A model generated the notes under the pieces. It searched no databases. It saw only the letters and a list, made by a program, of their open reading frames with translations, and was not told the DNA's origin. A stretch of 64,000 nt of DNA from Saccostrea echinata (Eukaryota). How positions within the stretch are numbered: the first letter of the stretch is position 1; every line of letters begins with the position of its first letter. The stretch is taken from contig NW_026889803.1 of NCBI RefSeq assembly GCF_033153115.1, positions 19,530,001-19,594,000 on the forward strand. The letters are read 5' to 3'. Positions 26,101 to 38,550 of this stretch are shown here, piece after piece. The position numbers were made by a program, and so were the translations under genes.

Positions 26101-29100
26101 AAGAATCTGGCGAAGGTAGGTTTCCACTGAGCGAAAAAATATTGTGTTATGGAATGGAGATGTTGTTTGATCTCATATTTTCTTTGCATCACTTTTAACA
26201 AGAAATATGTGCCGAATTAAAACTGCACACACCTGATGCTATTCATATGCAGGCAGATAAAATTATTTATGAACTATGATTATATATTTATTATCAATTT
26301 TACAAAAGACTTTCCATGGTGTAGAGGATTTCAAACAGCTTTCAAGAGGGAAAATACAGCAAATATTTTATGCATTCATACTTTGCTATAGTGTCATTTT
26401 TCCAGCTGAATAACTCTTGTACAGAATGTAGATAAGTTGACAGATTAACAATAGATAATGCTTATAAATGCAAGAATATGACCATCAGTAAAATCAAAGC
26501 TGCATATGAATGAACCATGTAGTTCTCTGGCAATATTGATGTATTAAATTGGTCAACAGGGAACACCCTGGACATGTCCTTCAAACTTCTACAGGAAGCG
26601 GAGGAGAAGCTGAAATCCATCGTGAACACCAAGTTTGATGCAGCCGTCCATACGGGGGATTTTGCCTCCATAGAAAGATTCTTCAAGATCTTTCCTCTGA
26701 TTGGTCTTCATGAGGAGGGATTGACAAAATTTGGGAAGTTCTTATCTGCACAGGTAAAACTGAAATATTTAATTGCTGCTATTTTATTTTTATTCCTATT
26801 AAAAGTACTCTTATCAGAAGATGAGCATTCATGAAGACAGTAATTTTTTTTTCTCACCGATTCATCTTGTGGGTTAAAAATTTACTAACTTCACATCTCT
26901 GGTGCATAAAATGTCATACGTTAAATAATCTTTCAGAATTTCAATTTGAGACTAATATTTTTTTTTTAAGCTTTAAATTTTTATACTGTGTTTTTAATTT
27001 TCAGATATCTGAGAAAAGCCGTGGTAATTTGAAAATTGCTGAATCGATGACCAGTCGAGATAAGAATGCCAATGTGGTTTATGCGGAGACTGCCACACAG
27101 CTTTTTGAGGGAATCGCCAGTATTATAGAAGTTAGACAACCACTGGTGGAAACTTATTTTGGTAAGTTCTTGTAGTGTAGAGAGAAAGATAGAAAGACAT
27201 GTCTGTCTACTTTACTATCAGACTGAACATACTGTATAAGTAGAAATTTTAGCGAGGATTCAATTTTGGCATTTTTAGCGAGGGTGTTGAGATCACTAAA
27301 TTTAAATATTGCTAAAAATTTATTCCTCATCAGAGGTTACCGTTATCTTTCTATACACCTTAAAAGCACTAAAATTACTTCTCACTGAAATGAAATACTG
27401 ATTTTTAAGGAGAAATTGCTAAATTTGTGTCTCACTAAAATTTCCACTTATACGGTATTCCTATGCATATAATTATGATTGGCAACAACTGGTTTAGGGA
27501 GAGGAACTTTTTCATGAGGACTAATAACATCAGAGAGCAGTGCTTGATTAATTAAATATAAACATTCTTATGCTGACTTGGTTATTGATAATTATGGATT
27601 GACAGATTCACTTTAGAAGTATAGACATAAAAGTTTAGTAGACTCACATAAGAACTTGGTAATGTAAAGACTGAGTGATACAGTTGAATTTAGGTATCTC
27701 AACATCAACAATATCTTGAACACCATTGACATTTTGAAGTGAGTTTGAAATCCCAACCACTCTTTCTTTGTATTTTTACTTCTTTATTTTCAATCCTCAG
27801 ATATTTGGATTGCCAAATCTAGTTCAAGATAAAGAGTTTTGACTACATTTTGAATTTTATAAACTACAGCTTAAATAAAGCTCTTAGAATTTTGTGTAAA
27901 ACAGTTTTTATAGGCCACCTTTATGTTGTGCAGGAAGATGTACAGTAAATTATTAGTTAATACCTCGCAGAGTGCATTTGCTTTTTTCTTTTACAGGCTC
28001 TGGAAAACTATTTTACCTTATGAAAATTCTCCAGAAAGAATGTGACAGACAAGCTAGACAGATATTAGAAAAATTCAAATTGAAAAGAGATTTTGATTCA
28101 GTAGTAAGTATGAAAATAATTTTTTTTTCAGTTTTATATGCAGTAGTTTAGTGAGAAATACTGTGACTAAGTGCATTTTTTATAGGTTCAACATGTGCAA
28201 CAGAATGCTGTTTTTCATCGACCTAATGCAACAGAAAAGTAAGTCACTTTGATTGTTGTTAAAGGGGGAAATCTTGATAGAATATGAGCTATTTTGGAGA
28301 TAAAAATACCAGGATCCAAACAGAAAAATAAAACATTTGATTAGTGTTGGCAATTTTACACATGTAAAGGTTGATAAACATTGCAAGAAATATACACAGT
28401 AAAATTTACCTATGATAAAGTAATTGTCTGTTATTGCAACAAGTTACGTTATACTCAAGAATTCTTCCAATATACACTTACATGTACAGATGTTTTTATT
28501 AGCAATGATTCTGTAATTATTAAGTGCATCTGTTACCCTGTTAAATATAATTGCACTTTATCATTTTCAGATTTGATCCTAAAGTATTAGATGTATTATT
28601 ATCCGAAATGGTGCTACTAAATACCAGAACAGAACTCTACCTACGATTTTTCAGGAGGAGAGCTGTGGTAAGTATTTTTTTTTAAAATAAATATTTTTAC
28701 TGGTTTCATCATACCAGAAGACAATTTTAGAAAAGTACATGCATGGAACTTGACATGTGTATATTGCTACTGTAGTTTCTTTATGGTAATTTGTTGATCA
28801 GTATTTCCATGCAAGGCAACACGATTCACAAACCATGCTCTCTTATTTATTTTTCAACTCTGAAGCTATCAAAATTGTATATTTACTGTAAAATACTGGA
28901 ATAGTGAATTAAGGTATGTCACTCGTCAGCTTTTTAGAAAAGTTCAGGCAGAACCTCTTACTTCAAAACTATTTATTAAAATTCCATTTTCATAACATAT
29001 TTAAATGAAACAATGTAAATTGTTCAACATTCAATAAAAAAACTGCTAAAAAATTCATGAAGAAGCAAAATTTATGAGGGACTATTTCTTGTGGTGGAAG

Positions 29101-32100
29101 GATATTTAGCAGAAAATTCTGCAAACCAGCACATTTATTAAATTTAATATCTTGGATTTTTAGCCTCACATACTTTTACTCAGAGAATATTTTCCGTTAT
29201 GATATGCTAGGAATATTAAATATAGGTCTTAATTTATATTTTTATAGCAAATTTTACACCTTCCCTCAACAAACTTTGCCGAGAAATGAAGATATATTAA
29301 AGAAGTCAAGATAAAATTTACACAGTTTTTGACCTGAAAATCGCGTATTTTGACCAATATTTCAAAATTTACATCACTGACCCCAGCTTTTTCTTTCATT
29401 ATTTAAAACTACTCGATACTTGTGACTGATCAGCACTCAAGTCGTAAAAAGTTTGATACAAGAAAATATTTTATTGCCCATTTAGATTTTTAATACCCCA
29501 AATATGTTACTTTTTTAGTGCAAAAAGGTCACACAATAATTTACGCGCATTAATTTGCAAGATTTGTTCAATGATAAATATTATTCAAACTATTTTACGT
29601 AAAATAAGATTATATTTATTGCCATGGTTACATCTGATAAAATATGATAAGGGTTAAAGTGATTAACCAAAGAGTTAAAATTTAAGTGCAAAAAGGTCAA
29701 CTTAATTGTACCGTAGCTCAGTCAGATGCACACTGACCCCCTGTTTTCTCTGCGATTTTGAGTCATACTATATGAGTACTTATCCAAAATATACTTCTCA
29801 AAAAATCCTTGATATAACAAATTTCACGAGTGACATACCTTAAATGATTAAAAGATGAATTTTCTGAAATTGAGTGAATGAGGTTAATTTTTTTTTTTCA
29901 GGGAGATATGGAATTAGCATATAGTGATGAAACTCTTAAGGGTAAGTACATGTAACATTGCATAAATTAATTCTAAACCTCAAAACATTTTGTTCCAACT
30001 AATCAATGCAGCATTATTTCATTAATTATATGTTCTATGTTCAGTTTATGGAAACACAAAATATTTTTTCAATAAAATATCTGTTATGGTTTTTTTTGGT
30101 ACTTAAACTCTTTAATTTGCATTTCAGAAAAAGTTAAAGAGATAGATAGTTTTATATCCAACTGTGATTTAAATCGTCTTATGCAGGAGTTAATAGGAAA
30201 TTATATCATGATGGAAGAATATTTTATGAGAGAAATGGTCTTAAAGGTGTGTAGCATTTCAAAGATTTAAAACATATATATATGTGAGTTACAACTTACT
30301 TATTTTTAAGCAATTTGATTTTTCAAGTAAAGATGATCAAGGTATTTGAGCAGAAAAATTTTATGGTAAAAATGTCAATTATCTATTGATTTATTTTACC
30401 TAAATATATATGTGAAGAATATTAAATAAATCCAGAAGCATTTATGAAATAGAGAGATTTGTGTTATATATACAATATAGATTGATGGGTAAATATTTAC
30501 TTGTTTTAGGCTGTTTCTATGGATACAGAAGATGAGTCAACACATACATCTAGTATGGTAGATGATTCCTTTTTTATTGTTAAAAAGTGTGTTAGGTATG
30601 TTGTCATTGAAACTCCGCTTTTTATACCACTGCAGTTTACAAAAAAAAAAAAAACTTGCAAAACCCTTTCCTCATCTTGTATGTATAGTGTCTTCAAAAT
30701 TTATGCATTAGAGAATTCATATAACCTGTACATTTTATTAAGAGTTCCCCAATCAAAAGTTTGTAAATTTTTTCCCCCCTCCTTTTACAGGAGAGCTGTG
30801 TCCAGTTCCAGTGTGGATGGGATTTGTGCAATGTTAAACCACGCTAGTACAGTGTTAGAGCAGGATTTCCGAGAGGTTTTATTCAGCCGAGTCCGGGCAG
30901 GATTTCCTTCGGGCTTTGATCTCACTCAGGCGTACAATATGGTGCAGTCCAGTATACAACAAGGGAAGCTGCAGAGTTCTGATCAGGAAAAGGCCAAGAC
31001 ACAATTTCTGGTACAGTGTATCATTTTTTTCCCTCAATAAATATTCTTAAATGTCTTTTTCTTATGCATTTAAAGAAGCTATTTTCTTGAGGAGGAAGTT
31101 TGATTTCTATTTTTTTCTTCCATTTGTAGGTTGCAATGAATAATGCAGAAGTCAGTTGTGAATATTGTAAATCATTGAAATCCAATATTGAGGTGAGAAT
31201 ACATATACACTGTACCTCTTCAATTTTTGGAAGACATGCTTGAATGTGGATAAAAAAAACTTAATGATGGATTTACAGAGATGGGAAATGTAATGAGAAT
31301 GTATTTTGAGATTTTTAAAACCTCTCTAGAGTATGTGTTATCTGATTCCAGGAAGAAGTTCACAGGCTGTTTAGTAAAAGTTCTGAGCAGAGTAAAGCAA
31401 AACTACAGGTAATTTTGTCAAAAATTATACTTTTTTTAATATTCAATATAAACCCATGCATATTAAGTCAGATTCAGCTATATGATTAAGAGAAAATCAT
31501 TTGAATTAGGAGTGGATGAATTTGAGTCATAAGACCAAAGGCTGTTTTGGTTGAGGCAGATTTTAAGCAATGAGCAAAATGAATTGTTATCTCTTTCAAT
31601 TGTTGAGTTTTGATAAATAAAAAGTACCCAAATATGTTAATATCATAATATTTGAACAAACACATAAAATTTATGCATGTGATATTTGTGTTCACCGTTA
31701 GAATAGTGATTATAAATATTGGTTCCATTTCTTTCACTGTAGACTTGTGTATCAGATCTTGGTAATGTGGCAGTCCGGTTAAAAGAAGTGGTCAACTTCG
31801 GGTTTTCTCAACTCAGCAGTAGTGCCATTAAACCTCGGTTAAAACCCCTCACAGATGCCTTCCTGTCTACTAGTCACAATATCTCGGAAGTATGATTTGA
31901 TGGACTATAACTTCACTTAAATAGAGTTTATCTTAATCATGAGGAAAATAACTGATATTCTGAAATTGTGGGGAAAATAACACAGTTGTTATGCAAGAAG
32001 CTTATTCTATAATGAAATCAAATTTTAGAGGTTTTAAAATAAATGTGATTGAACATCATCCTTTCTATGTACCAGGGATGGGGTCAATTACTTTAAAAAG

Positions 32101-34871
32101 TAATTAATTAAATTACAATTGCTTTGATTTTTTTTTCAATTAAATTACCATTAAATTACAGGTTTTCTAAGATGTGTAATTAATTAAATTACAATTACTT
32201 TGCAAAAGTAATAAATTAAATTACAAATTACGTTTTTAATTTTTTTGAAAATTTTTATAATCCTTGTCAATGAATATACAGAACATCATTCATTTGTATA
32301 TAAGCTCAGCCTAAGCACAAACAATACAAGAAATAATATGCTATTTAGGCATTGTGTATCTTTGTGGTTTAATTTATAATATTTATTTACAAAACATTAA
32401 AGAACTATCCGAGATCAGTTTGATGCAGTTTCCTCCACACAAAACCTACATGTACATAAATTGCAAAGCTTATGATATTTGATTAAAAGTGGGTATTTTA
32501 ATAATGTAAAATGAGTCACAACTGTAACCCCTCTAATTAAATATTTCCTTTGAAAGTAACCTGAACATCCTAAATTGCTATTTATGGTGAACATTTTTAC
32601 TTCATAAATAATACTTGTACAGAACATAACTTTTTCAGATACAAAATTTATTCACTAAAAATCTGTTTAGATGTTAAAATAATTATCAGATTGAAAGATT
32701 TTCTTTTCTAAAGCTAGCAGAGCATTTTTAATTGAAATAATTATCTCATTGGCTTTGTCTTCTAAAGCATGGGACGAATATCCCTTTAGAGGAGTTGATT
32801 TGTTTTGATTGCAATTAACAGCTGTTATTTGGAGGGCAATTATCTCTTTCCAACAAGAGAGAACTTAATTAATGACACACATTCTTTTTCTTTATTATTG
32901 ACCCACAACAAAGATTGAAATATAATAAATGTGTGTTTCATAGTTGAATAGCTGACCTAAGAAGGGGGGTACAAAATTTTGATAGACATAAAATAAAAAA
33001 AATCAAATTTTACATAATGATTAGAAAGAAACTAGATTATTATTATCAAGCCAATCATTTATTAGCTTGTAAACATTAACTTAAGATTTTGTATAATTGA
33101 AGGATTGAGGATATGTTTTACAATGAAATAAAAGACAGTAAAATGGGGAGGTAGTGGTGACAATGTATCATGAATGTGTATTATATAAATTATAAAGTAA
33201 TTGAATGTAATTGAAAAAGTAATTGAAATTACGTGGTGTATTTTCAGTGTAATTAATTAAATTACAATTACAAGTAATTGAAAAAATGTTCTATTACAAA
33301 TTACTTCCAATTTCTTCAAAAAATGTAATTAATTACGGTCAAATACAATTACTTTTTCAATTACCCCATCCCTGCTATGTATATATACTCTATTAATGCA
33401 ATAAAATGTAAGAAATAATTTTCTTAGATTTTTCTTTGCACTGTAGGATGATTTCTCCAATTATGAAGCAAATGATCCATGGGTCCAAAACTATATCCTG
33501 CAAATAGATGGCATGTTAGCCACCTTTAAAGTGAGTGTCAAGAATTCTGCACACAATATTGATTAATAAATAACAAGTGCTTTTATTTGGTGAATTTTTG
33601 GTCAAATATTCTGCTTTCTTTTAACAGAGTGCTCTTTCCGCGGAGAACTATGACACATTTGTTGGTCATGTGACAGCAGAAGTGACATCACAGCTAGAGA
33701 AGGCTGTCCTTAAAACAAGTTTTAACAGAGTAAGAAAAGATTCATTAACTTTTTAAAGCAAGGATTATTATTTTTGCCTTCTTTACTTCACTTATTGTTA
33801 ATGTATACATGCACATAGAATATTGTGCAGCAACCAAAAGTTAAATTTAGAGACTGGCTGTTTAAAATAGAAAATTTTGATTTCTGTATTAAGCTTATGT
33901 TTCAAGTAAATTTTCAATTGTATATGAAAGCCTCTCCTTTAGAATTTGAACTTGGATAAAGCAAATTATATGTTACCGTCATTTAGGGACCTCAGATTGG
34001 CATATAGAGTCTGAAAAGACTGAAAAGTATAGTTTAAAAAAGTAGACAAAACCTGAATTTACATTTTCTTATTTCAGCTGGGTGGTTTACAGTTTGACAA
34101 AGAGTTACGTGCCCTTGTCGGGTACCTGTCTTCGGTAACCACATGGACAATCAGGGATAAATTTGCAAGACTGACACAAATGGCAACCATACTCAACTTA
34201 GAGAGAGTAAGCTGATGCACACAGATATCACACTGTGTTATCTACCAAGAAAAATTGCATGTTTTTAAGACAATATTTCTTGAAATACATGTAGTACCAT
34301 TTTAGACTTTGTACTTTTTGGATTGTTTCATGCGATGGTGATGTGAATTTCGGCATACACATGTACATGTATCAACACTACCAGTATTATATTAATTTAT
34401 ATTTATAATTTATGTACTTTATCTTTTTTAAAGGTGAATGAGATTTTAGATTACTGGGGGCCAAATTCTGGACCTTTGACCTGGAGGTTGACTCCAACTG
34501 AGGTCCGAAATATTCTCTCATTGAGGTAAGTTCTGCTGATTTTTAAGATTTGTTAGTAATGCAACTAGCAAAAACTGGACAATTTTTGAAGAAAAAAAGA
34601 AAAATGATTTGAAATGCAGTTGAAATTTTATATGTAAAGAAAATAAAATTTGCTTAAATATCATCAAGAAAAAGGGTAAATTGTACTTATATTAAATTTT
34701 TAAATGGATGATGCAAAGAAAAATATGTTCATGATATGCTGTTCAAGTTCAATCTGTCCATTGGACTGTGGCTTAGATATTTGCATTTATAAATAAATTT
34801 TGAATAATGAAGATCTTTTATCTCCTAGGGTGGATTTCAGATCTGAAGAAATCAAGAAACTCAAATTATAA
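23143..34871 (+). CDS. COG4: Conserved oligomeric Golgi complex subunit 4, complete, 22 coding exons
   Basis: Motifs [99 protein letters not shown]…[14 protein letters not shown]. Exons: 23143-23253, 24533-24615, 24873-24987, 25600-25701, 26043-26115, 26560-26753, 27005-27161, 27997-28103, 28186-28238, 28571-28667, 29902-29941, 30128-30246, 30510-30595, 30791-31010, 31130-31192, 31352-31408, 31743-31889, 33447-33530, 33628-33729, 34078-34206, 34434-34525, 34829-34871. Confidence 0.96.
23658..23990 (+). repeat. Interspersed repeat, copy B (COG4 intron 1)
   Basis: Same-orientation homolog of 22005-22440, lacking about 70 bp internally. Confidence 0.85.
24242..24410. mobile_element. CAGGG-ended MITE (hAT-like) with a 6-bp TSD
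   Basis: TACATG|CAGGGTTGTGACCCTAAGA … TCTTAGGGACAACCCTG|TACATG. Confidence 0.8.
25231..25400. mobile_element. Palindromic MITE
   Basis: ACAGATAATTCAATATTTTG…GGAATTTATTTC versus GAAATAAATTCC…CAAAATATTGAATATCCTCTGT; inverted over its whole length. Confidence 0.7.
27232..27455. mobile_element. MITE with TA target-site duplication (Tc1/mariner-like)
   Basis: TA|CTGTATAAGTAGAAATTTTAGCGAG … CTCACTAAAATTTCCACTTATACGG|TA. Confidence 0.8.
28913..29839. mobile_element. Non-autonomous DNA transposon with a TTAA TSD (Kolobok-like)
   Basis: TTAA|GGTATGTCACTCGT … ACGAGTGACATACC|TTAA. Perfect 14-bp TIR; purine-purine terminus fits Kolobok rather than piggyBac. Confidence 0.85.
32073..33374. mobile_element. 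Non-autonomous hAT element
   Basis: CTATGTAC|CAGGGATGGGGTCAATT … AATTACCCCATCCCTG|CTATGTAT (8-bp TSD, one mismatch). AATTAC/GTAATT subterminal arrays at both ends. Confidence 0.88.
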
Positions 34872-36382
34872 ACCTTGACAGCTGTGATACAAAGTCTGTG
34901 TTCAACTTCTGAAATGTGATGAATTCCATGTAGTATATTCAGAGGGAAAAACAAAATAGTCTGAGTGTGTGTGTGTTTGTGTGAGTCTGTGTACCTGTTT
35001 TTGAATGTAGGAATGCAGCGATTTTGTTAATAACTTGTGTGAATGCAAGGAGTGTAAATTATTGATTATTGTTGTCTTAATTGAATTGTACAATCAGATT
35101 TAGTAAATTCAACACAGATTTTAAGCAGGGTTTTTCATATCAGCATTGTATGGAGGTATGAAAGCATTGTGTTGAGAAATCTCAAGTTTAATGATCACTA
35201 GAATGTATGCATTTAAAAATATGTAACATTTATTACTTGTTACAATGTTTTGGGAACATATTTTTTAATTCTTACATATCAACATATAAACTTATAATGA
35301 AAAAAATTATGCTGAAAAATATTTATATCATTTATGGCCTGTATATGCATTTGTTATTTTATTGTGCTATAAACCAAGTCTTCTCTTAGTTTACTTTTAT
35401 AAATTAAAACAGACATTAGAAAGAAAATAATTATAAACTTTCAATGTATTATTACTGGTAATATTCAAATTTTACTAGCCATGGAAGGTTATGATAAAAA
35501 CCTTGTTTATGAACGAAAGTCATCATACTGTTTACACTGTAATAACATTCCTTGTTGCGGCTGAAGAAAAATTTTAAGTTATGTGAGTATTTACCCATAA
35601 GTAAGAATCCACATTTAACAATGTTTATTAAATGATACCGAAAAACTTGTAATTTTCCCTCACCATGATGAAGCCTCATGGACTATACCTCTTTTTCCAT
35701 AGACAACCTGGAATTTTATGTCATTGAATGAAAACAATCCATATAAGCAGAATTTTTTCGTTTGTTTGTTTAGTTTTTTTTTTCTGTTATGCATTGTTAT
35801 TTCTGCTTTAATCAGACTTCTAAAATGAATTTCATTTTTTTCAAGAAAATGGTTGTAAGTATTTCTAGTATTCTAGCATTTGATATGACCAAGACACACT
35901 TGAAAATTTCTGTATAAATACCTGCATGTTGGGTTTATTTTATGGAAATTATATAAGGGGTTTTCATGTATACCTTTAATGTATTTAATTTATTGAATGC
36001 AGTTTTAAGCTTGTTTAAATAAGAATAAACTGTTTTATGATTAAAAAATCATACAAAATTATCTTCCTTTCACTTTATCTGCGTACTCTTGCAATCAAAT
36101 TGACGGTCCAGAAGTCCTGTTAGACAAGATGCTATATTATACTGCATGTGCACTTTATCTTATTTCTACTTAATGTGAATGAAAATCTGTTTTGGATGTA
36201 TGGTTTAAACCTTAACGTCACCGACTCGCTGATACTCAGTGATTTGATATTTATCAGCTAGAGAAAATTTTCACGAATTTCGGTGAATGTTGTATATAAT
36301 TTTTCATATACGAAAATACGGGAGATTGAAATCTGTTATTTTGTTAAAAATAGAAGTTTCTTCTGAGTCATTAGCTATACTG

Positions 36383-36444
36383 AGGCCTGTTCAACACAGC
36401 GAACGTTTGCGAGCGCTCGAACGTTCGCTCTGTTGAACAGGCCT
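36383..36444. mobile_element. 62-bp hairpin mini-element with a CTG duplication
   Basis: CTG|AGGCCTGTTCAACACAGCGAACGTT…AACGTTCGCTCTGTTGAACAGGCCT|CTG. Confidence 0.7.
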
Positions 36445-36733
36445 CTGGTGTCTGTCTGTCTGTCTGTAAACAATTTTTCAAAAATGGTACACAAGTAGAC
36501 TGTACTGAGATTCATAATTTTATATAACGGTTTTGGATTTTGACAAAGGAAGTCACCATGGTCACTAGTAATAGAAAATTATGTGAAATTCCTCCTACAA
36601 GTTGACTGCACAAGAATTCCTAATTTTGAATTTCGACAAATGATCTTGGATCGGTTACATGTACTAAAAAAAATATTTCCTCAAAAAATCATCCTACATT
36701 TTGGTCTGATTTCAATAAAAATTGGTACACAAG

Positions 36734-36949
36734 CAGGCGCGGATCCAGATTTTTGCAAAGGGGGGGGGGGGTGAAAAAATTCTTGACAAGCAAAAAAAGA
36801 AAAACGTGCTGATGTTGGTGGGGTTCACGTTTTCTCAGGGGGGGGGTCCAAAGTCATTATTTAATTGTTTCAGAATATACATTTAGTAAGTCTGCAGATT
36901 CCAGGGGTGGGGGGTCCGAACACCCCCCCCCCCTTTAGATCCACACATG
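36734..36949. mobile_element. MITE with poly-G/poly-C subterminal tracts
   Basis: ACAAG|CAGGCGCGGATCCAGA … TAGATCCACACATG|ACAAG (5-bp duplication). Confidence 0.7.
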
Positions 36950-38550
36950 ACAAGTAAACTTAACAAAGATTACATGTATGTTCGTCATAATATAGGAATT
37001 TTAGCGAAATATTCTTTCAAAACGCTCCTTGTTTTCTACCAATTTGTTCTGAAAAACTTGTAACATATGTATATAAAACCTACGTGCACGATGTCCTTTA
37101 ATGGATTTTTAAAATTCCGGTGGTTTAATGGTTAATAAAAATAGAATAAAGTATGGAATCCTTATTTTAAACAAAAATAAGACGTGACGTCATTTCGTAA
37201 AGCTACCTTCAGCATTGGTCTAATTTCAATAAACATGGTAGACAAGTGTACTGAACTAAGACTCTATACTTATCAGTGTTGCCATAACTATTAAAAACAA
37301 CAAAATGCGGAAATCTTTCAACATCTTAATCGACCTACACCACAGTTTTGATTTGATTTCGACAATTCTCGGTACAACGTTTTAGAAAACACCAGAATAT
37401 GTACGATTCCGTACGTGATTTATTTTTAAACTTAAGTCTCGTCAGGTGCTACTTTTTCTCTTTCTCAATTATAAGTACAAACCAGCAGTTTCAGTTTCAT
37501 CACTGTTGGTTTTCAATAAAGTTATGCAGACTCGCAAATAAATTTAATATTCAATGAAATGTCGAAAAGTAAGAGGAATTCACTAGAACTGAAAGAAAGC
37601 CAGGATACTATAATGAGCTAGGCAGTTTTATAAATTGTCATCCACAATATGGAGAAAGGCAATGAAATCAAGAGGAAAATTGAATGCAGTTTTAGGCTAT
37701 GCTGGTCGCAATCGCATTTCATGGTGGGTGAAAGAACCTTGATAAATGGCAGGATTTATTTAAAATGCGCAGAAGTGGAAATCTTAATCGGTTGTCTCTG
37801 AAGTGGATAAGGGTCGCAATGACCTCTCTCTCTCTCTCTCTGTGTATATGATGTTACACGTCACGTTGCCTTTCCTTAGTTCAATTTACACTAAAATTAT
37901 TGATGAACAGGCTTTATATATTGTATAAATTAGTTTTGACAAGAGGTGGTTTGCACCAATTTGTACAAACGAGACTATAACAATGTACCGCAACAGTTGT
38001 TTCCAAACATCACGCGTTTTATGCGAATAAAGATCCAATACTCTTAAATATGACAAATTAATTATCACTTTTAATTTTTCTACAGCTATCTTTCTGACAA
38101 GCGTAAACTATACAATTGAAAGGATTAAACGGGAATTAAAATTTTAACAAGAACAGGAAGAAAAGGGGTCGAAAAGCCATATTACGCATCTTTTCTTAAC
38201 TTACTCTTAACTTTCTTTACGAGTCTGTCAAATAATTTGATTTTATAAATCTACCAATGAAATCTCCAAATTTGCAATTAATACAATGAAGCGAAAATAA
38301 ATAATTATTTAAGAATAAATCATCGCATCCCCTATTGGCAATAAAAAGTTAATCCCCCAATATTTATTTCCCTCTCTCGAACGGCCTTCAATTTCTTCAG
38401 CGGAGCTCTAGCACTCGCGAGCATCCTTTGAAGAAGAGGCGACCCATGCCTTAGAAGTGAATAGATGACAAATTTTCTGTTTCGACACCTGCACAAATTC
38501 AATTAAATTTGAAGAATTAATTTTACAAAAAATTCCTACCGTGCGGGGAC

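Larger units (their letters stand above)
36371..37450 (+). mobile_element. Highly degraded Helentron/HINE-like element with two nested MITEs
   Basis: TTAGCT start, (GTCT)n-GTAAAC microsatellite and repeated ATTTCAATAAA…TGGTACACAAG units. The right boundary is uncertain. Confidence 0.4.
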
